Assembly: GCA_031411295.1 (NCBI GenBank)
Contig: JANOAV010000122.1
Coordinates: forward strand, 28,466 to 92,465
Source of the DNA: Verrucomicrobiales bacterium
GTDB lineage: Bacteria; Verrucomicrobiota; Verrucomicrobiia; Verrucomicrobiales; V1-33
Direction: 5' to 3'
DNA length: 64,000 nucleotides
The position numbers were made by a program, and so were the translations under genes. Of the stretch, positions 1 through 10,232 are shown piece by piece (positions within the stretch are counted from its first letter, which is position 1; every line of letters starts with the position of its first letter). The notes beneath the pieces were generated by a model, which was not told the origin of the DNA, did no database searches, and saw nothing but the letters and a program-made list of their open reading frames with translations.

Positions 1-1
1 A

Positions 2-316
2 GCCAAGGTGGATTTCAAGGTTCTGCTGGACGACTGGTCGCAAGTGGCAGCGCTGGCTTCCTATCATGGTTGGACGGAGGAAACGATGCAGGAGCGATTC
101 GATTACACGGGCGAGCGCACGATCTCCCTGGCAGTATTGCGGGTGTTCCGCCTGCCGGAACCGTTCACGTTTCCTGATGCGCCTGGTTATGGGGGATGCC
201 GGTCATGGGTGACTGTCCCGGATTGCGGGGTTGCAGCGGACGCCATTCCCGTGCTAGATGACGCTACCCATACGCAACGGGTGGCGGAGATCCGTCGCCT
301 GATCGGGTTAGCGTAA
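2..316 (+). CDS. DUF1802-like protein, C-terminal part (5' end outside window)
   Basis: Frame is open from the window edge; RVFRLPEP...YGGCRSWV motif resembles the DUF1802 C-terminus. Confidence 0.6.
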   Translation, partial: AKVDFKVLLDDWSQVAALASYHGWTEETMQERFDYTGERTISLAVLRVFRLPEPFTFPDAPGYGGCRSWVTVPDCGVAADAIPVLDDATHTQRVAEIRRLIGLA

Positions 317-326
317 TTCTTTCCCC

Positions 327-1289
327 ATGTCCGATTCTCCGCCGCCAGACGCCTCCCTTCCTCCATCGCCCGCCACCCGCACCGTCCGCACGTTCAAGAA
401 CCGGGCCACGGCCGAGGCGGCAGTGGAGAAACTCAAGGGGCATGGGATCGAAGGTTCGATCTTGGAGTTAGCACCACCACCGGGGCGGCCAGCGTTAATT
501 TCTGAGGCCGTGCGCTTAGTGGTGGATTCGGAGCATGCCGCCCAGGCGATGCGTCTGCTGGCAAATTTCACGATCGACAACGGTGGCGCAGCCGGGTTGG
601 GCCAGAGTGTCAACCGTGGCGGACGGCGCAAACCCCGCCCGACCCCGCGGGTTAACGCCGGGCCGCCCTGGCTGTTCATCATCATCGCGCTCATGGGGGC
701 CGGAGGAGCCATTTTTTACGGTGCCTGGAGTTATTTCGGTCCTCAGGCGAAACCAGTGACGGTGCTCCGGCCGCGCGAGCGCTATGTCAATGAAGACACG
801 AACCACGATGGCAAGATCGATCAGCGGCGTTATCTGGCGGCTTCTGGGGAGATTCTGCGTGATGAATTCGACGTCGATTTCGACGGGAAGTGGGACGTGC
901 GAACCACCTATGATCGTGGTCGGCTCAAACGACGGTCCACGGATCTGGATCGCAATGGAATCATGGACGAGGACGTATTCTATGATCGGATGGGGCGCCC
1001 TTTTTACAGCCAACTCATTATGAATGGCAAAGGCCCGGCCACCAAACGCAGCTTCTATCAAGAGGCGATGGAATTTCCTGACTGGGAACCGACAGCGGAA
1101 GACCCGGGGCCATCCGAGGATCCCACCCAGCCGGGCGGGGGCGATTCCTGGCCGTTCCGCGTCCTCTTGGATACCGATGCCGATGGTCACTTCGATCTGG
1201 ATCAGAAACTCAACCTCAAGGGAGAGGTAATCGATGAACGCAAGTTGCAGAAGGGCGCGCTGGAGAACAACCCACCAACATTTCCCTAA
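327..1289 (+). CDS. Single-pass membrane hypothetical protein with DxDxDG (Ca-binding-like) repeats
   Basis: TM segment WLFIIIALMGAGGAIFYGAW; repeats DTNHDGKID, DVDFDGKWD, DLDRNGIMD, DTDADGHFD. Confidence 0.6.
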   Translation: MSDSPPPDASLPPSPATRTVRTFKNRATAEAAVEKLKGHGIEGSILELAPPPGRPALISEAVRLVVDSEHAAQAMRLLANFTIDNGGAAGLGQSVNRGGRRKPRPTPRVNAGPPWLFIIIALMGAGGAIFYGAWSYFGPQAKPVTVLRPRERYVNEDTNHDGKIDQRRYLAASGEILRDEFDVDFDGKWDVRTTYDRGRLKRRSTDLDRNGIMDEDVFYDRMGRPFYSQLIMNGKGPATKRSFYQEAMEFPDWEPTAEDPGPSEDPTQPGGGDSWPFRVLLDTDADGHFDLDQKLNLKGEVIDERKLQKGALENNPPTFP

Positions 1290-1298
1290 CTAGGTGCC

Positions 1299-2129
1299 AT
1301 GAGCTGGTATGAATACGATCACGAATACGAGAGCCGCGCAGACAGCAATGCGCGCGTGGAGAAGAAGTTGGCCAAATTAAGGAAAGAGGGCCGGCGGCTG
1401 GAACCCACGCTGCCCACGGCCAAGCGGGATCTTAGCGCGACGTTCTGGGGCAGGGCCTGGAATTTGAACTTGATGGCTTACAGCGACTACGAAAGCCGCA
1501 TGCCACGGGGGCGGACGTATTTCCGCAACGGCAGTGTGCTGGGACTGGCGATTACGGAGGGTGAAGTCTCCAGTCTGGTGCGGGGCAAGGATTTGTATGA
1601 GGTGAACATCTCCATCAAACCGTTGGCGGCCAAGGCCTGGACTGCCTTGAAGCAACGGTGTCAGGGTAAAATCGCGGATGTGATGGATCTGTTGGCGGGC
1701 GAATTAAGTGACGATGTGATGCGCGAAGTCACGGACTTGGAGGGAGGATTATTCCCCACGAATCGGCAAATCAAACTCAGCTGTTCCTGTCCGGACTGGG
1801 CGGACATGTGCAAACATTGTGCCGCCACCTTGTATGCGGTGGGGGCCTTGCTGGATGACAATCCGCGGCATTTGTTTACCCTGCGGGGGGTGGATGCAGA
1901 GGAACTCATCGGCACCGTGGCCACCACCATCGATTCCCTAACCACTCCGGGGGGTCAGTCGGAGGACCGGACGGCGGCTCTGGGAGAGCAGGATCTGTCG
2001 GCGTTGTTTGGGGTTTCACTAACGGATGATGTTTTCCCTGACACGATTACTCAAACGCAGTCTGCTCCAGAGTCGCCCGCCACGAAGGCTGTGAAGCGCG
2101 CCAAAAAAGCGGATAATTCCGTTAATTAG
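1299..2129 (+). CDS. SWIM zinc finger domain protein
   Basis: CSCPDWADMCKHCAA (CxC...CxH); FWGRAW and RGRTY motifs. Confidence 0.85.
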   Translation: MSWYEYDHEYESRADSNARVEKKLAKLRKEGRRLEPTLPTAKRDLSATFWGRAWNLNLMAYSDYESRMPRGRTYFRNGSVLGLAITEGEVSSLVRGKDLYEVNISIKPLAAKAWTALKQRCQGKIADVMDLLAGELSDDVMREVTDLEGGLFPTNRQIKLSCSCPDWADMCKHCAATLYAVGALLDDNPRHLFTLRGVDAEELIGTVATTIDSLTTPGGQSEDRTAALGEQDLSALFGVSLTDDVFPDTITQTQSAPESPATKAVKRAKKADNSVN

Positions 2130-2189
2130 GGGATTGCGTGGAGCATCCGCCTCTGGCAGGATTCGTCCAGTCTTCCCAAAAATCACATT

Positions 2190-2834
2190 ATGCGCTGCTT
2201 TCCTTTCCCAACTTTGGTGCTCCTGAGCCTAGCGCCTCTAGGCGTCACCACCGCTCCGGCTGCGGTTCTCGCACGCTATGCTTTCCCGGGGCCCGTCCCC
2301 GCCCTCATGGTGACAACCGTGGATGCCAATGTCACTGCAAGTGATGTTACCTTTGCCGGCGGGGTGAGCACCCAGTTCACCACCATCCCCGATATCTTGG
2401 CCGTAAATGTCGCTGCCACTGCTCCAGCGACTGCCGTATCCACTGGCAGTTTCTTCGAAATTACCCTCGCTCCGACCTCTGGCAATGCGCTCGATCTCGC
2501 TTCGTTTACCTTCGATGCCGCCGCTGCCACAATCGGAGGTGGTTACGTTCTGCGCTCTAGTTTGGATGGCTATACAACGAATCTGGCGGCGGCTCCGATC
2601 AGCACCATTTACCCCGCTTTCTCTCCTTACAACGTCAGTTTGGCGGACCCGAGTTTTCAAGGAGTTTCCGGGCCAGTGAGCTTCCGGGTGTATACCTATA
2701 CCCCAGGAAGCAATCCTGCGGCCGGATACGACAATGTGACCATCAATGGAGTTGTCATTCCGGTGCCGGAACCAACCGCTGGCGTCATGCTCCTGCTGGC
2801 CGGGGGATTCCTCGCGCGCCGTCGGCGTAATTAA
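2190..2834 (+). CDS. PEP-CTERM sorting domain protein
   Basis: Signal peptide; C-terminal VPEP + hydrophobic helix + RRRRN. Confidence 0.9.
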   Translation: MRCFPFPTLVLLSLAPLGVTTAPAAVLARYAFPGPVPALMVTTVDANVTASDVTFAGGVSTQFTTIPDILAVNVAATAPATAVSTGSFFEITLAPTSGNALDLASFTFDAAAATIGGGYVLRSSLDGYTTNLAAAPISTIYPAFSPYNVSLADPSFQGVSGPVSFRVYTYTPGSNPAAGYDNVTINGVVIPVPEPTAGVMLLLAGGFLARRRRN

Positions 2835-2863
2835 TTAGCTTCCCAGAGACACGGTCGCAAAGA

Positions 2864-4165
2864 TCACTCCACTGCCAGCGAGACGCAGACCAGTTCCTTG
2901 TCGTTGCGGGCAAAGACGCATTTGTTGGCAAAGGCGGGATGACTCCACACGACCGTCCGGCCCATGGAAGGAGTATCTGCGCTGAGGATCTTAGCCCGGG
3001 CAGCTTCTTGGTAGCCTGTGGGTTTGAGGTCCGCCAGAATCAACTCTCCGCTATCGTTAAAGATCACCCACTGCTGCGGCGTGTGGGCCATGAAGAAGGT
3101 GCCAGAGCCAGATTTCTTTTTACTCATGATGTCCAGATTCGACCACATGCGCTCGCCCGTCGTCAGCTTTACACAACGGAGTTCACCGTCCATATCACAG
3201 CCATAGAAATAATCGCCCACCACCACTGGGGTCCCATTTTTCGGAGACATGGAATTCGACGGCACGCCATCCCAGGCCACGGTTGCCTTGCCATCCCCTG
3301 GTTTTACTAACATGGATTTCTTCATCATCGCACCGATGAAAATTCCCTCGTTTGTGACCCGGGGAGCCATGATGGACATGCCGTAAGCTGCTGCGAACGC
3401 CTGCGTCCAGCGGATCTTTCCCGTGGCGGGATCCAGTCCGTTCAAGGCTTCGGAGTGCCAGATTACCAACTCCTCTTTGCCCTCGCGCTTCGTCATTACC
3501 GGCGGAGCGTAACCGATGTCCTTCGTCTCCAAAGCGCGCCATTTTTCCTTCCCTGACTTTGCCTCCAGCGCCACCACCGCACTGCCAGATCCACCTGCCA
3601 GCGTGTAGAGCAGGCCTCCGTGCACCAATGGCGTGGCCGCATATCCCCAGATGGGCGAATCACATTTATACTCTTGCTTGAGTTCCTTCTCCCACGCGGG
3701 CTTGCCGTCACTAACCGCCAAGGCCGACAAGTGACCTTCCGCTCCCAATGCATAGACCAAACCATCCGCCACGACCGGAGAGCAACGCGGACCATTCGGG
3801 AAACTCAGATTGATCGGGCAGTCATACGCATGCACCCACAGTTGGCGTCCCGTTTTCTCATCCAAGCAGACGACGCGCTCCTTGCCCGTCAGAGCAGTGC
3901 GTCCGCCGGGGTTTGCGTCCAACTTGCCCGTGGCAATTTGATAGTCCATGACGAAGACCTTCCCACCAGCCACGGCAGGACCTGAATACCCGTTGGCCAC
4001 GGGTGCCCGCCAAACAATTTTCGGACCCTCTGCGGCAAATCTCGTGATCAAACCAGTGTCGTTCCAAGTAGAATCGCCACGTGCTCCCAACCACTGGGGC
4101 CAATCCTCAGCAGTTAGTGTGGCCGGGGCACAGACGAGTAGAGTGAGCGTTAGAAGAGTTTTCAT
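2864..4165 (-). CDS. PQQ-binding-like (BamB-type) beta-propeller protein
   Basis: Signal peptide, EDWPQWLG, repeated xLDxKTGKxxW blades, WSHPAFAN C-terminus. Confidence 0.85.
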   Translation of the reverse strand: MKTLLTLTLLVCAPATLTAEDWPQWLGARGDSTWNDTGLITRFAAEGPKIVWRAPVANGYSGPAVAGGKVFVMDYQIATGKLDANPGGRTALTGKERVVCLDEKTGRQLWVHAYDCPINLSFPNGPRCSPVVADGLVYALGAEGHLSALAVSDGKPAWEKELKQEYKCDSPIWGYAATPLVHGGLLYTLAGGSGSAVVALEAKSGKEKWRALETKDIGYAPPVMTKREGKEELVIWHSEALNGLDPATGKIRWTQAFAAAYGMSIMAPRVTNEGIFIGAMMKKSMLVKPGDGKATVAWDGVPSNSMSPKNGTPVVVGDYFYGCDMDGELRCVKLTTGERMWSNLDIMSKKKSGSGTFFMAHTPQQWVIFNDSGELILADLKPTGYQEAARAKILSADTPSMGRTVVWSHPAFANKCVFARNDKELVCVSLAVE

Positions 4166-4344
4166 CCCGCTTATTCAAGCCGGGGAAATGCCATCGTCAA
4201 TCAGGTGGACGCGTAAGTTGGCGATCCCATTTCTATGTCCCCACGGGTCAGTCGTCGGTAGCGCTCAAAAAAGCCGCAGAATTTCTGTAAAGAAATCGGC
4301 TGCAAGCCCGTCTCAATGAAGGTAAGTCAGCAAAACTAAATCTC

Positions 4345-5052
4345 ATGAAACTCACCGCCCTCATCCTGCTCGCAAGCTTGGCGCTGCCAGCGCTCCCCAG
4401 CCTCGCTCAAGCCCCACGTTCCCAGCCGCCCACTGCGCTGCAGGCCATTGAGTTGGCGCGCACCCAGACTGGGAAAAGCATCGTCAAACTCGTGCGCCTC
4501 TCCGGCAGCAACGGCAATCCAGATCCCCGCGGATGGAGCATGGTCTTCCACGATCCTGCTTCCAGCACGAACCTCTCCAAGCTCAATCCAGGCGAGGCTC
4601 CGGAACCGGCGGATGATAAATACGGCAGCGGCACAGCTCCGGTCTATTTCAACGCGAGTCGCGTGAGTGTGGATAGTCCCGCCGCGTTCTTAGCGGCTAA
4701 TAAAGAAGCCGCTGAGGCGAAGATTGGCTTTGATCGGATTACCTTCGAATTGCGTGGTCAGGAGTTCACCGGCATGCCGGTGTGGACGCTGCGGTTGCTC
4801 AACGACGAAGAGGAAATCGTCGGCATCGTCAGCCTTTCCGCCGAAACCGGGAAAACACTCCGCACCGTCTGGCTGCGTCGCGATGGTCGTCGCGAGGAGC
4901 CTCGCATCATCGACAGCGCGATCTCCGGCGGTGGGACCGAAAGCACCAGTGAATCCAAAGAAAAGGAATCGCGCGCGCTTCCACCGATCCAAAACATCGA
5001 GCCCCCGCCAGCAGACCCCACGCCACCTGAAGTGGAAGCCCCGAGGCAATAA
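4345..5052 (+). CDS. Secreted hypothetical protein, possibly PepSY-like
   Basis: Signal peptide; PVWTLRL...VSLSAETGK motif; Pro-rich tail. Confidence 0.55.
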   Translation: MKLTALILLASLALPALPSLAQAPRSQPPTALQAIELARTQTGKSIVKLVRLSGSNGNPDPRGWSMVFHDPASSTNLSKLNPGEAPEPADDKYGSGTAPVYFNASRVSVDSPAAFLAANKEAAEAKIGFDRITFELRGQEFTGMPVWTLRLLNDEEEIVGIVSLSAETGKTLRTVWLRRDGRREEPRIIDSAISGGGTESTSESKEKESRALPPIQNIEPPPADPTPPEVEAPRQ

Positions 5053-5058
5053 TTCGGG

Positions 5059-6552
5059 CTATTTCTGGGGGATGCGGTTCAGTGTGTAGTAAGCAGCGTC
5101 GTGCTCCAGCGTCGCCCCGGCAGCGGACTTTACACTCGGGAGATGAAGTTCGTGGACGTAGAGCGGCCGCAGGCCTTGGATTTGCAGTCGCACCCGCAGG
5201 CCATCTCCATTCACGGTCGCATGATTGATCGGTAAATTTTTCACATCAATCTCAGCACTCCCGTAAGCGGACGAGTAGAGGTAGGTGTAGCTTTGCATCG
5301 AGTAGGCAGTCACATCTTGTGCTGTCATCGGATCGACCGGAGTGGTGAACACGAGTTCAAAGCCATCCGCTTGCGCACGCATTTCGCGGATCGCAAAGGG
5401 CACCGTGCCGTTCCACTGGACCCGCTGCAGGCCGTATGCTTTGGTGCCCAGCGATGACCAACCGCGGCTCGTCATCCCTGCAAACAAGCTGCCATCCGGG
5501 GCGAAACTAAGTCGCACGATGCCTGACGCGAAGCCGCTGAGGAAAGGAAACGCCGCGCCTTGGTATTCGCCATTCACCTTTTCCAGAAAGACGCGGCTAA
5601 CTTTGGCGTCGGTGAATTCCGCCACCATGAACTGCCCGTCGAAGGGGCCAAATTGGCCACCTGCCGGGCACGCTGCTAGATCTGTGCCGCTGCGCCCCAT
5701 CTTGTTATAAGGCAACCACACCGCCGGCGGTCTCATTTCTGGCAGGGCTTGGACCGCTTGGGGATACGGCAGTTTGTCCGGCACCTTGGCGGAAAGTTTC
5801 ACGGGGGAGTTCGGTAATGTTTGCGAAGCGATTCCTTCCGGATTCAGGAAAAAGGCCCCGCGGCGTAAGTGATAGATCGGGGTGGCCGGCACCCAGTTGC
5901 CTTGCTGATCCACGCAGAACATATCGCCCGACAGATTAGCTCCCAAGCCGCAAGGCGAGCGCAGGCCCGCGGCCATCGGGGTGAAATTTCCATCCGCGGC
6001 TATCGTTCCCGCCCAGCCCCGCCAAGGCGCTTGGTTGTCCGCGCGGTCCCCCAAATCAACATTTAGTGAAACCCAGAGCTTGCCCTGGCCATCCCGCCGT
6101 GGGCCGTAGGCATAGCCATGATAGGAACCCGAAACATTCCAGCCGCGTCCGGCCGTGAGGTAATCATCGGCCACGCCATCGCCATTCGTATCCTGCAAGC
6201 GAGTCACCTCCGTGCGCTGGGTTACCAGCAGACCGTTGCCGTCCCGCAACAGGCCCAATGGTTCATGCAGGCCGGACGCGAAGAGTTTGTAACTGACTTT
6301 GTCGGCCGGTCGGGTGAGTAATCCATCCAGCAACCATACCTCGCCTTTATGAATCGCCACCGCCAGCTTCCCATCCGCCATCCAATCCATTCCGCTAATC
6401 TCCAAGGGGATACCGCTGCCGGGTTTCCAGTTAGGATCCCGTGAAGTGGCGGGCGCATCGGCCGTTAGAATGTCGCTGATTTTGTAAGACGACTCTGCCC
6501 GGACCCAGCACGTCAGGCAAAGCATGCCCAGGAGCATAATTTTCATTTCCAT
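5059..6552 (-). CDS. Secreted beta-propeller protein (glucose/sorbosone dehydrogenase-like PVC family)
   Basis: FASGLHEPLGL, DTNGDGVAD, YHGYAYGP, AGLRSPCG motifs; overlaps the cytochrome gene. Confidence 0.7.
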   Translation of the reverse strand: MEMKIMLLGMLCLTCWVRAESSYKISDILTADAPATSRDPNWKPGSGIPLEISGMDWMADGKLAVAIHKGEVWLLDGLLTRPADKVSYKLFASGLHEPLGLLRDGNGLLVTQRTEVTRLQDTNGDGVADDYLTAGRGWNVSGSYHGYAYGPRRDGQGKLWVSLNVDLGDRADNQAPWRGWAGTIAADGNFTPMAAGLRSPCGLGANLSGDMFCVDQQGNWVPATPIYHLRRGAFFLNPEGIASQTLPNSPVKLSAKVPDKLPYPQAVQALPEMRPPAVWLPYNKMGRSGTDLAACPAGGQFGPFDGQFMVAEFTDAKVSRVFLEKVNGEYQGAAFPFLSGFASGIVRLSFAPDGSLFAGMTSRGWSSLGTKAYGLQRVQWNGTVPFAIREMRAQADGFELVFTTPVDPMTAQDVTAYSMQSYTYLYSSAYGSAEIDVKNLPINHATVNGDGLRVRLQIQGLRPLYVHELHLPSVKSAAGATLEHDAAYYTLNRIPQK

Positions 6553-8627
6553 GAGTAAGTGAAGGTGCGGTGGCCCGGTGCGCTGGTTGGTTCCTCAGTG
6601 ACCGTGACGTTCGTGGGATGCTGGATCGCAGGCTGGATCGGGGCCGTGGCATCCCAAGTAATGCTTCGGCGCAAGCCCTGCGTGAGGCCCTCGAATCGTT
6701 CTTCGAGGCTGACTCCGCCGACGGAGAGGAGAAACGTCGGCCCGCCCGCAGCATCAAGCCGATAACCGTTGCAAAGGATCATGGGTGCATCCTTGTCGGG
6801 CTCTGGCCAGCGCACCACCGCACTTCCCAGGGGCTTCTCAAACGGGGCGAAGCGTGAAAACCAGGTGTTATAAGCATCAAAAAACTTCCCCTGCCAAGCC
6901 AGCGCAGGCCGCCCCAGCTTGCCATCGTAAGCCAAGTGGGTGCCGCTGGGAAACCCCACGAGAATCGCGTGCGTGCCCACGTCCGCGAGGAACGTGCGTT
7001 GCACAATCGGGCGATCCTGCGGAGTCAATTCGAACTCGCCATGGGTGTTGGCGGGGAAGCCTTCTGGTTCGCCATTGGCGCTCTTGGCAAAAGCGTAAAT
7101 GGACGCAATCTGACGGTCCGTGTCTCCTTGGAGTATGGTGGTGTTAGCCGCTTTTCCCTCAGGCCAGAAGGATGGCATCAACGTCCCGGGCCGATAGCCC
7201 GCAGGGTGCACCAGATAGTCGCGCAGCCAACCTGGCTGCAACCGCTGGCCCAGATTACTGATGTCCAGTGCCTGAATTCCCAAGGCGGGCCGTTCACCCC
7301 AACGATGGCACGTGATGCAGCCCAATCCGCCTAACGTGCCCACTAACTTCCGTCCCGCCGTATCATCGCCCCCGGGCAGTGGCACTTCGGGGACGGTGTC
7401 AGCTGCTGCTAGCAAGGCCGCCAACTCTTTGGCGGATGCACTATGGATGGGCATTTTGGTTTGCAAATACGGGCGCACGCGGGCTTCACCCGTGAGCACT
7501 TTCACCAGCCACTCCGGTTGCAGTTTGCGCCCCACCGCAGTGAGGGGCGGGGGGAAACGTCCCGTGTCTCCCAGGTTGTGATCTCCCTGGAAATACGCCT
7601 TGCGAGCGGCATCGGGTCCGCCCAGTCCATCGCGCTCATGGCAGGCCATGCAGTTGAGCGATTGCAGGGTAAGGGTGGCCTTTGCCTTTGGCGTGAGTGG
7701 GGCGTTCTGCTCGTTCAGGAACTGCGCCAACGCCAGTCGCTGCAGTTTGGAAAGCCCATACTGGGGGACGGTGGAGGCAGGTTGATCCGCGAGACAGCCC
7801 GCATTAAGATGGGTCATGGCTACTAGATTTGTAGTGGCCGTTTCTTTTGGTAAATCATGGCATGCCGCACAACGTTGTTCGCTTACAATTTTCTGACCTC
7901 GCGCCACCGAGTCGGGGTGAGCCACGAAGGACGGCAGCGTTTCTGCGGTGCCATCGCTGCCTTTGAAATTCAGGAGATAACCAGCGATGTCCGAGGCGGC
8001 CTCATCGGTGAGTTTGAGATGGGGCATGCGACCATCGGAGCGAACTTCCAAGGGAGCCTGGAGAAATTTCACGAGCGATGGCAGGGTGTATTTTTTCTCC
8101 AACATCGGCAGTGCTGCCGAACTATAACTCAATGCCGCAGGATCCGGCCGACCGTCTGGTGGCTGGAAATCCAAGGCGGGGGCATGACAGGCGACACAGC
8201 CCTGCGTATGGAACAGGCCTGCACCCCGGTCGGTGTTGATGTGTCGCAAAGGAACGCTCTTGGCTGCCGCAGGGGCCTTCAGTGAGGCCAGATAGTGCAG
8301 CACGGCCTCGCGCGCAGCAGCATCTGCCAACGCTGCAAAATGGGGCATCGAGGATCCACTGCGCGCTTCCGCAGGATTGGCCAGAAATTGCTCCACCCAA
8401 GTTGCGCGGGCTCGCTGGGTGATGCCTGCTAATCCTGGGCCACGACGCGGTGGTAATCCGGTTGCCCCACCATGACAGTTCGCGCAGCCGAGTTCGTTGA
8501 AGAGTAAGCGACCGCCGTCCGCGCTCGGCTGAGTCGCATGGAATCGCTCGAATCCAGGCACGAAAGGCTCTGCTGCCGACGTGGCTGCGCTGAGCAGGAA
8601 TCCGAGTGCTGCCAGGCAGCGCATCAT
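6543..8627 (-). CDS. Multihaem c-type cytochrome (5 CxxCH)
   Basis: CANCH, CVACH, CAACH, CMACH, CITCH; signal peptide. Confidence 0.85.
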   Translation of the reverse strand: MMRCLAALGFLLSAATSAAEPFVPGFERFHATQPSADGGRLLFNELGCANCHGGATGLPPRRGPGLAGITQRARATWVEQFLANPAEARSGSSMPHFAALADAAAREAVLHYLASLKAPAAAKSVPLRHINTDRGAGLFHTQGCVACHAPALDFQPPDGRPDPAALSYSSAALPMLEKKYTLPSLVKFLQAPLEVRSDGRMPHLKLTDEAASDIAGYLLNFKGSDGTAETLPSFVAHPDSVARGQKIVSEQRCAACHDLPKETATTNLVAMTHLNAGCLADQPASTVPQYGLSKLQRLALAQFLNEQNAPLTPKAKATLTLQSLNCMACHERDGLGGPDAARKAYFQGDHNLGDTGRFPPPLTAVGRKLQPEWLVKVLTGEARVRPYLQTKMPIHSASAKELAALLAAADTVPEVPLPGGDDTAGRKLVGTLGGLGCITCHRWGERPALGIQALDISNLGQRLQPGWLRDYLVHPAGYRPGTLMPSFWPEGKAANTTILQGDTDRQIASIYAFAKSANGEPEGFPANTHGEFELTPQDRPIVQRTFLADVGTHAILVGFPSGTHLAYDGKLGRPALAWQGKFFDAYNTWFSRFAPFEKPLGSAVVRWPEPDKDAPMILCNGYRLDAAGGPTFLLSVGGVSLEERFEGLTQGLRRSITWDATAPIQPAIQHPTNVTVTEEPTSAPGHRTFTYSWK

Positions 8628-9538
8628 GCGTTTACCTCCGTCAGTAATTTTTCGATGTGAAGCAGCGACTTCTTTAATGCCTCCGTGATCGCCCCGGCCG
8701 TGGGTAGAATGGGGATCCCGCGTGGCGTAGGGTGCATGAAAATCTCCGCCCAGCCTCGGAACGAAACGTCGCGCAGGGCTTGGAGAATGGAGCGATAATC
8801 CAGCGTGCCAAACCCAGGCAACTGCTGCAATTCAATGTCCTTCGCCACCTGTTGTTTGCTGCCAATCCCGTGCTCTTGGAAGTAAAAGAACGGTAAATTC
8901 TGTGCACCCAAATCACGGATTAATTTTGGAATTTCCGCCACGTGCTCCACCAAATGATGCGGTGCAAAGGCCACGCCCAAGGCTGGATGACGATTCAATT
9001 CCGCCCAACTGCGCAGCGAATCCGGCGTGCTGAGCAGTGAATCTGCATGGTTCTCAATCGCAATGGTGATACCTTGTTCGGCCGCGGCATCGGCATGAGG
9101 TTTCATTTGTTCCAGGAAGGCCTTGATGCCAGCCTTGGCTTCGGCTCCACGGACGTTCTTAGGGCCCTTGGCACCAGTCACAAACATATTCCCTCCGAGT
9201 CGTTTCAGCGCCGGCATTTCTTTCTGCAATGCGAACGGCCCCAGCGGATATTGCGTGAAGCAAATCAGCGGAGCCTCGTGCTTTTTGCAAAGCGCAGCGG
9301 TCGCTCCCAGGCCCAGCGCTTCCGCCTCCTCACGTTGCGTGCCGTGCGGCTTGCACCAGAGATCCAGACCGCCCCAACCGAGCGCCTTCAGCTCCGGTAA
9401 AATAGTTTCCAGCTTCAGATCCCCAAACAGCGCTGAGGCCAGCAGATACTTGAGTTGCAACTTCGGGGGCGCAGCGTGAACCACGGGAGCCAGCGCGGAG
9501 CCGGCCAAACATTGCAGGAAGTGACGTCGAGTGTTCAT
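8624..9538 (-). CDS. Sugar phosphate isomerase/epimerase (xylose isomerase-like TIM barrel), Tat-exported
   Basis: Start placed at MNTRRHFLQ (twin arginine); IAIENH, PGFGTLDY motifs. Confidence 0.8.
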   Translation of the reverse strand: MNTRRHFLQCLAGSALAPVVHAAPPKLQLKYLLASALFGDLKLETILPELKALGWGGLDLWCKPHGTQREEAEALGLGATAALCKKHEAPLICFTQYPLGPFALQKEMPALKRLGGNMFVTGAKGPKNVRGAEAKAGIKAFLEQMKPHADAAAEQGITIAIENHADSLLSTPDSLRSWAELNRHPALGVAFAPHHLVEHVAEIPKLIRDLGAQNLPFFYFQEHGIGSKQQVAKDIELQQLPGFGTLDYRSILQALRDVSFRGWAEIFMHPTPRGIPILPTAGAITEALKKSLLHIEKLLTEVNA

Positions 9539-9554
9539 AGCGGATGGTGGGGAG

Positions 9555-10121
9555 TTATTTGCCACAACTGGCTTCCAGCATTTTAATCCACGGGCCCACG
9601 AAATGGCCGCTGTCATGATAGGTGCGGCCACTCACCATGTTCCGATCAATCACGCAGGGTTCATTGACATAAATGCCGCCGCAGACTTCCAGATCGAATT
9701 TACACTTCGCCACCGTGGCCATGCGCAGGCCCTGCACGATCCCGGCTCGGGCGGGGATTTCCACGCCGTGGCAAACGCTGGCCATGGGCTTCTGGTGCTC
9801 CCAGAACCAGCGCGTGAGGCGCAGTAAATCTTCGTCCTCGCGAATATATTCAGGCGCGCGGCCACCGCTGAAGAAAATGCCCGCATACTCTTCCGGCTGG
9901 ATGTCCTTAAATGCGATCTCGGCATCGATGCTGTAGCCTTCCCACTCCTTTGTGATCGTCCAGCCGGGCTTCACCTCGTGCATCACCATTTGGTATTTGC
10001 GACGCTCCGGAGCCGCCACCACTGGCTGGAACCCGGCTTCGATCAGGCGATAGTAAGGATACAGGGTGTCCACCGTTTCGGCGGCATCTCCGATGATAAC
10101 AAGAACTTTGGGCGGGTGCAT
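9555..10121 (-). CDS. DJ-1/PfpI family protein
   Basis: FSGGRAPEYIR and SVCHG nucleophile motif; start placed at MHPPKVL. Confidence 0.9.
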   Translation of the reverse strand: MHPPKVLVIIGDAAETVDTLYPYYRLIEAGFQPVVAAPERRKYQMVMHEVKPGWTITKEWEGYSIDAEIAFKDIQPEEYAGIFFSGGRAPEYIREDEDLLRLTRWFWEHQKPMASVCHGVEIPARAGIVQGLRMATVAKCKFDLEVCGGIYVNEPCVIDRNMVSGRTYHDSGHFVGPWIKMLEASCGK

Positions 10122-10232
10122 AAGGGAAATTTCGGGGGCTGGTAAAGTCACATGATACTTGTTTTGCATCGTCTGTCATTGCGGGTATGATGCAGCAAAA
10201 CTCAGGTTTTTCGTCATTCGCCAATTTTATCC